A DNA stretch of 63,067 nucleotides, the filler included, from Globobulimina sp. (taxonomy: Eukaryota), in assembly GCA_003354225.1 (NCBI GenBank). It is 19 parts of 19 records of this genome, joined end to end, with 100 filler letters (N's around TTAATTAATTAA, not from the genome) between each part and the next. Parts side by side here need not be neighbours in the genome. Positions count along the whole stretch, not along the records: positions 59,847 to 63,067 come from PIVH01003385.1; 18 more parts are not named here. One strand, 5' to 3'. A program made the position numbers and the translations under genes. The notes beneath the pieces are model-generated. The model was not told where the DNA came from. It did not search any database and worked only from the letters and a program-made list of their open reading frames with translations. Below, piece after piece: positions 60,573-63,067 of this stretch (within the stretch, counting starts at the first letter, position 1; each line of letters begins with the position of its first letter).

Positions 60573-61363
60573 ATGAGCAAAAGAAATTCACAACGAAAAC
60601 AACCAGAGAAATACGACTCAGATGAAGAGCCAGACCAAAGACAATCAATACCAAAAATGTTAATTGCAGAAACTGTGTTGTGTCCAGGTTTGATATACAT
60701 TCTATCGTATCAGTAATCTGATGATTATTTATATAATAACCATGTCTATGTATACAGCATGCCAGTTTTCACAAAAAGTACGTACATCGATCAGAACAGA
60801 TGTAGATAATTTCACAAAGCACATCAGACAATATTGTGCTGAATGTAATATGTTACTTATTCAGTCGAAAGAGACCACAGCGCCACGAAACAAAAACATA
60901 ATCAACACAACAAACACAAATACGCAACCAAACCAACAAGAAACAAGCGAACCAATTCCAAAACAAGAAACAAGTGAACAAAATCAAAAACAACAAGAAT
61001 CAAATAACCCAAATCAAAAACAACAAGAATTAGATAACCCAAATCAAAAACAACTTGAATCAAATGAATCAGAATTATCAGATGAAGAACCTGACAAAAA
61101 ACAATCAATCACAAAAGAGGCGATTGCAGAATCTCTAATCTGTCCAGGTTTGATATACATACAGCATACAGCTCTATCTCTAAATAAACATATCATATGT
61201 ATCAATGTATACAGCATGCCAGTTTTCTGAAATATTACGTACATCAATAAGAACAGATTTAGATAATTTCAGAAAGGACATCACGCAGTATTGTACTCAG
61301 TGCAATATGATGGTGAAGCATTCCAAAGAGGTCATGAATCAATTACTTACTGTAAAGAGTTAA
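60573..61363 (+). CDS. Protein with two C4 zinc-ribbon repeats; introns 60688-60757 and 61148-61214
   Basis: Splicing creates CPAC-x24-CAEC and CPAC-x24-CTQC, separated by a Q/E/N-rich repetitive linker. Confidence 0.75.
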
Positions 61364-61659
61364 TTGAATTTACATTAGGAAGAATACAATTTGTTGTGTT
61401 TGTATATAATTATTTTGTTTTTGAATTAAGCGAATTTTGAATATAAAATTACTGAAAAATAATTGAGTGTTGCATTTGTAAATAATTGAGAGATTAATTT
61501 AATACAAAGGCGTTGTCACAACTCATGATGACATTGTCTGAGGTTTAATCATATAGCTTAAAACAACTGCAATATTTTGATTTCGAATTATGAAATTAGT
61601 GACAAAAATAGAAAACATTCTGTCGGCATAAAACCGTCAGAGAACGAAATAAAAACACA

Positions 61660-62030
61660 ATGAGTAAAACAGATACACAACGAAAACAACAGGAAGCAGC
61701 AACTGAATTAGATCAAGAACCTGACCGTCCTGAAAAAACGCAATTAATTACAGAAACTCGAATCTGTCCAGGTTTGATATATCAGCAAGGAGCAAGGAGT
61801 GGTCACTTTTTCCATAAGAAGTTTGCATACTTTTAGAAAAAGTGCCATCGCCTGCTGTCTCGATGAGTGTCCATAAATAAGCCATATCTACACATACAGC
61901 ATGCCAGTGTTCACAAAAAGTGCGTACATCAATAAGAACAGATCAAGATCATTTCAGAAAGAACATCAGACAATACTGTACTGAGTGCAATATGATGGTC
62001 AAACATGTCAAAGAAGCGCTTCCTGTTTGA
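61660..62030 (+). CDS. Single C4 zinc-ribbon paralog (about 80 aa); intron 61772-61899; absent from the ORF track
   Basis: MSKTDTQRKQ...ETRICP|ACQCSQKVRTSIRTDQDHFRKNIRQYCTECNMMVKHVKEALPV*. Confidence 0.75.
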
Positions 62031-62104
62031 AATTAAATACTTTGAATTTAAATAATTGTATACAAAATACTTTAAATTAAAAACAAAACAACAAATATTT
62101 TTGT

Positions 62105-62825
62105 TTACTGCTTTGAATCAAATGTCTTCTTAATATCAACACCAAATGATGTTTTTACAATTTGTGTGAATTTACTCTCTTTATCATGCAATAACTTTGA
62201 CGGTGAATCATATTCTAAAATATTTCCATTCTCCAGAATTAAAATCCGGTCGTAAGCCAGTATTGTATCGATACGATGTGCAATGGTCAATATTGTATTC
62301 TTTTGAAATATCTCATTAATTGTTTGTTGAATTAATTTATCTGTTTTTCGATCAACACTGCTCGTCGCCTCATCCAGCAGAATAATTTTTGAATTGCGAA
62401 TTATTGCTCTCGCAAAACATAATAACTGCCGTTGTCCCACACTAAAATTACTGCCATTCTCTTCAACCATAAATTGTAACGGATCGATACCATCCATATT
62501 AATTTCAATTTGTGCCTCATTTTTCCTTATTTCCGCTTCAACGCTCATTTTTTTTAATACATGCCAAATATGAACAGCTTTGAGCGAATTCACTAATTCC
62601 GCATTATTCCTCTCATTGAATGGATCTAAATTACTTTTGATTGTCCCGGCAAACAATATGGGATCTTGTGGTATTACGGATATTTTACTTCGCAAATCTT
62701 GCAAACCAATATTTGAAATATTTACACCATCAATCTCAATAAAAGAATCAGGTCTATTCTCACCAAATTCGACCATTCTTAATAATGTCATGAATAGCGA
62801 AGATTTGCCAGCACCCGTTCTCCCA
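62105..62825 (-). CDS. ABCC/MRP transporter second nucleotide-binding domain (5' part lost at a chimeric junction)
   Basis: GRTGAGKSS, IPQDPILF, NFSVGQRQL, LDEATSSVD, IAHR. Confidence 0.92.
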
Positions 62826-63067
62826 GCGTTTCGAAGACTCGGACGAGGAGCAGGTGGGCGCTCGCGAACTCTGGATCTATTTCGATGGCGCGCAGCAGGT
62901 GGTCGCGCGCTTCGGAGTAGAGATAGTCCCGGACCGCGGTCGCGCCCAGTTCGAACTCGCGGTAGGCTTCGATCGACTGCGTTGTCACGTCGGCGATACC
63001 CGGCGCCTGCGAGTTCGCTTCCACGTGCAGAGTGTTGGTGATCTGTTCGGCCAACTGGTCCACCAGC
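62826..63067 (-). CDS. Fragment of a GC-rich bacterial TPR protein
   Basis: Abrupt rise in GC; TTQSIEAYREF...LLRAIEIDPEFASAHLLL is typical of bacterial kinase/cyclase-associated TPR regions. Confidence 0.75.

Noticed and set aside
62580-63041. 153-aa plus-strand ORF, and the 91-aa minus ORF as a complete gene
   Set aside because: The first is an antisense shadow across the chimeric junction. The second gets its stop codon only from the ABCC sequence.
1-63067. A multi-gene system spanning neighbouring contigs
   Set aside because: Contigs are ordered by length, so adjacency across spacers carries no information.
1-63067. Non-standard genetic code to explain broken ORFs
   Set aside because: Most breaks are resolved by GT-AG introns, and conserved genes end at TAA or TGA where expected.

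Overview
This window is not one locus. It is 19 unrelated contigs of about 3.22 kb, sorted by decreasing length and joined by artificial 100-nt spacers (N-run, TTAATTAATTAA, N-run), so nothing can be inferred about linkage across spacers. Most contigs come from an AT-rich, gene-dense eukaryote that uses the standard code and has short (about 50-90 nt) GT-AG introns. The gene families suggest a foraminiferan or Reticulomyxa-like rhizarian (inference). Recognisable genes: Tma46/ZC3H15-like, ankyrin-PH, EF-Tu-like, RPB10, kelch, TPR, Ras, Rab7-like, acyl-CoA oxidase with a PTS2 signal, ABCG, ABCC, SLC12, CFAP44, 2-hydroxyacid dehydrogenase, ETHE1, ZCCHC8-like, MPPED-like, beta-lactamase-family hydrolase, RCC1, Nup188-like and Kae1. 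Most notable: (1) a giant-virus-like contig (26615-29838) whose intronless genes each have an upstream AAAATTGA Mimiviridae early promoter and share near-identical 5' and 3' modules, giving a cassette-like array; (2) an intron-hidden tandem family of bL33-like C4 zinc-ribbon proteins (60573-62030); (3) an intron-containing IS630/Tc1-like transposase with DD45E spacing; (4) an ADP-ribosyltransferase-like plus MATH-like protein with modular relatives; (5) a BEL/Pao retrotransposon and one other contig that look metazoan; (6) chimeric junctions, including a GC-rich bacterial fragment at the far end, suggesting whole-genome-amplified single-cell material. All family assignments come from motif recognition by eye, not database searches.
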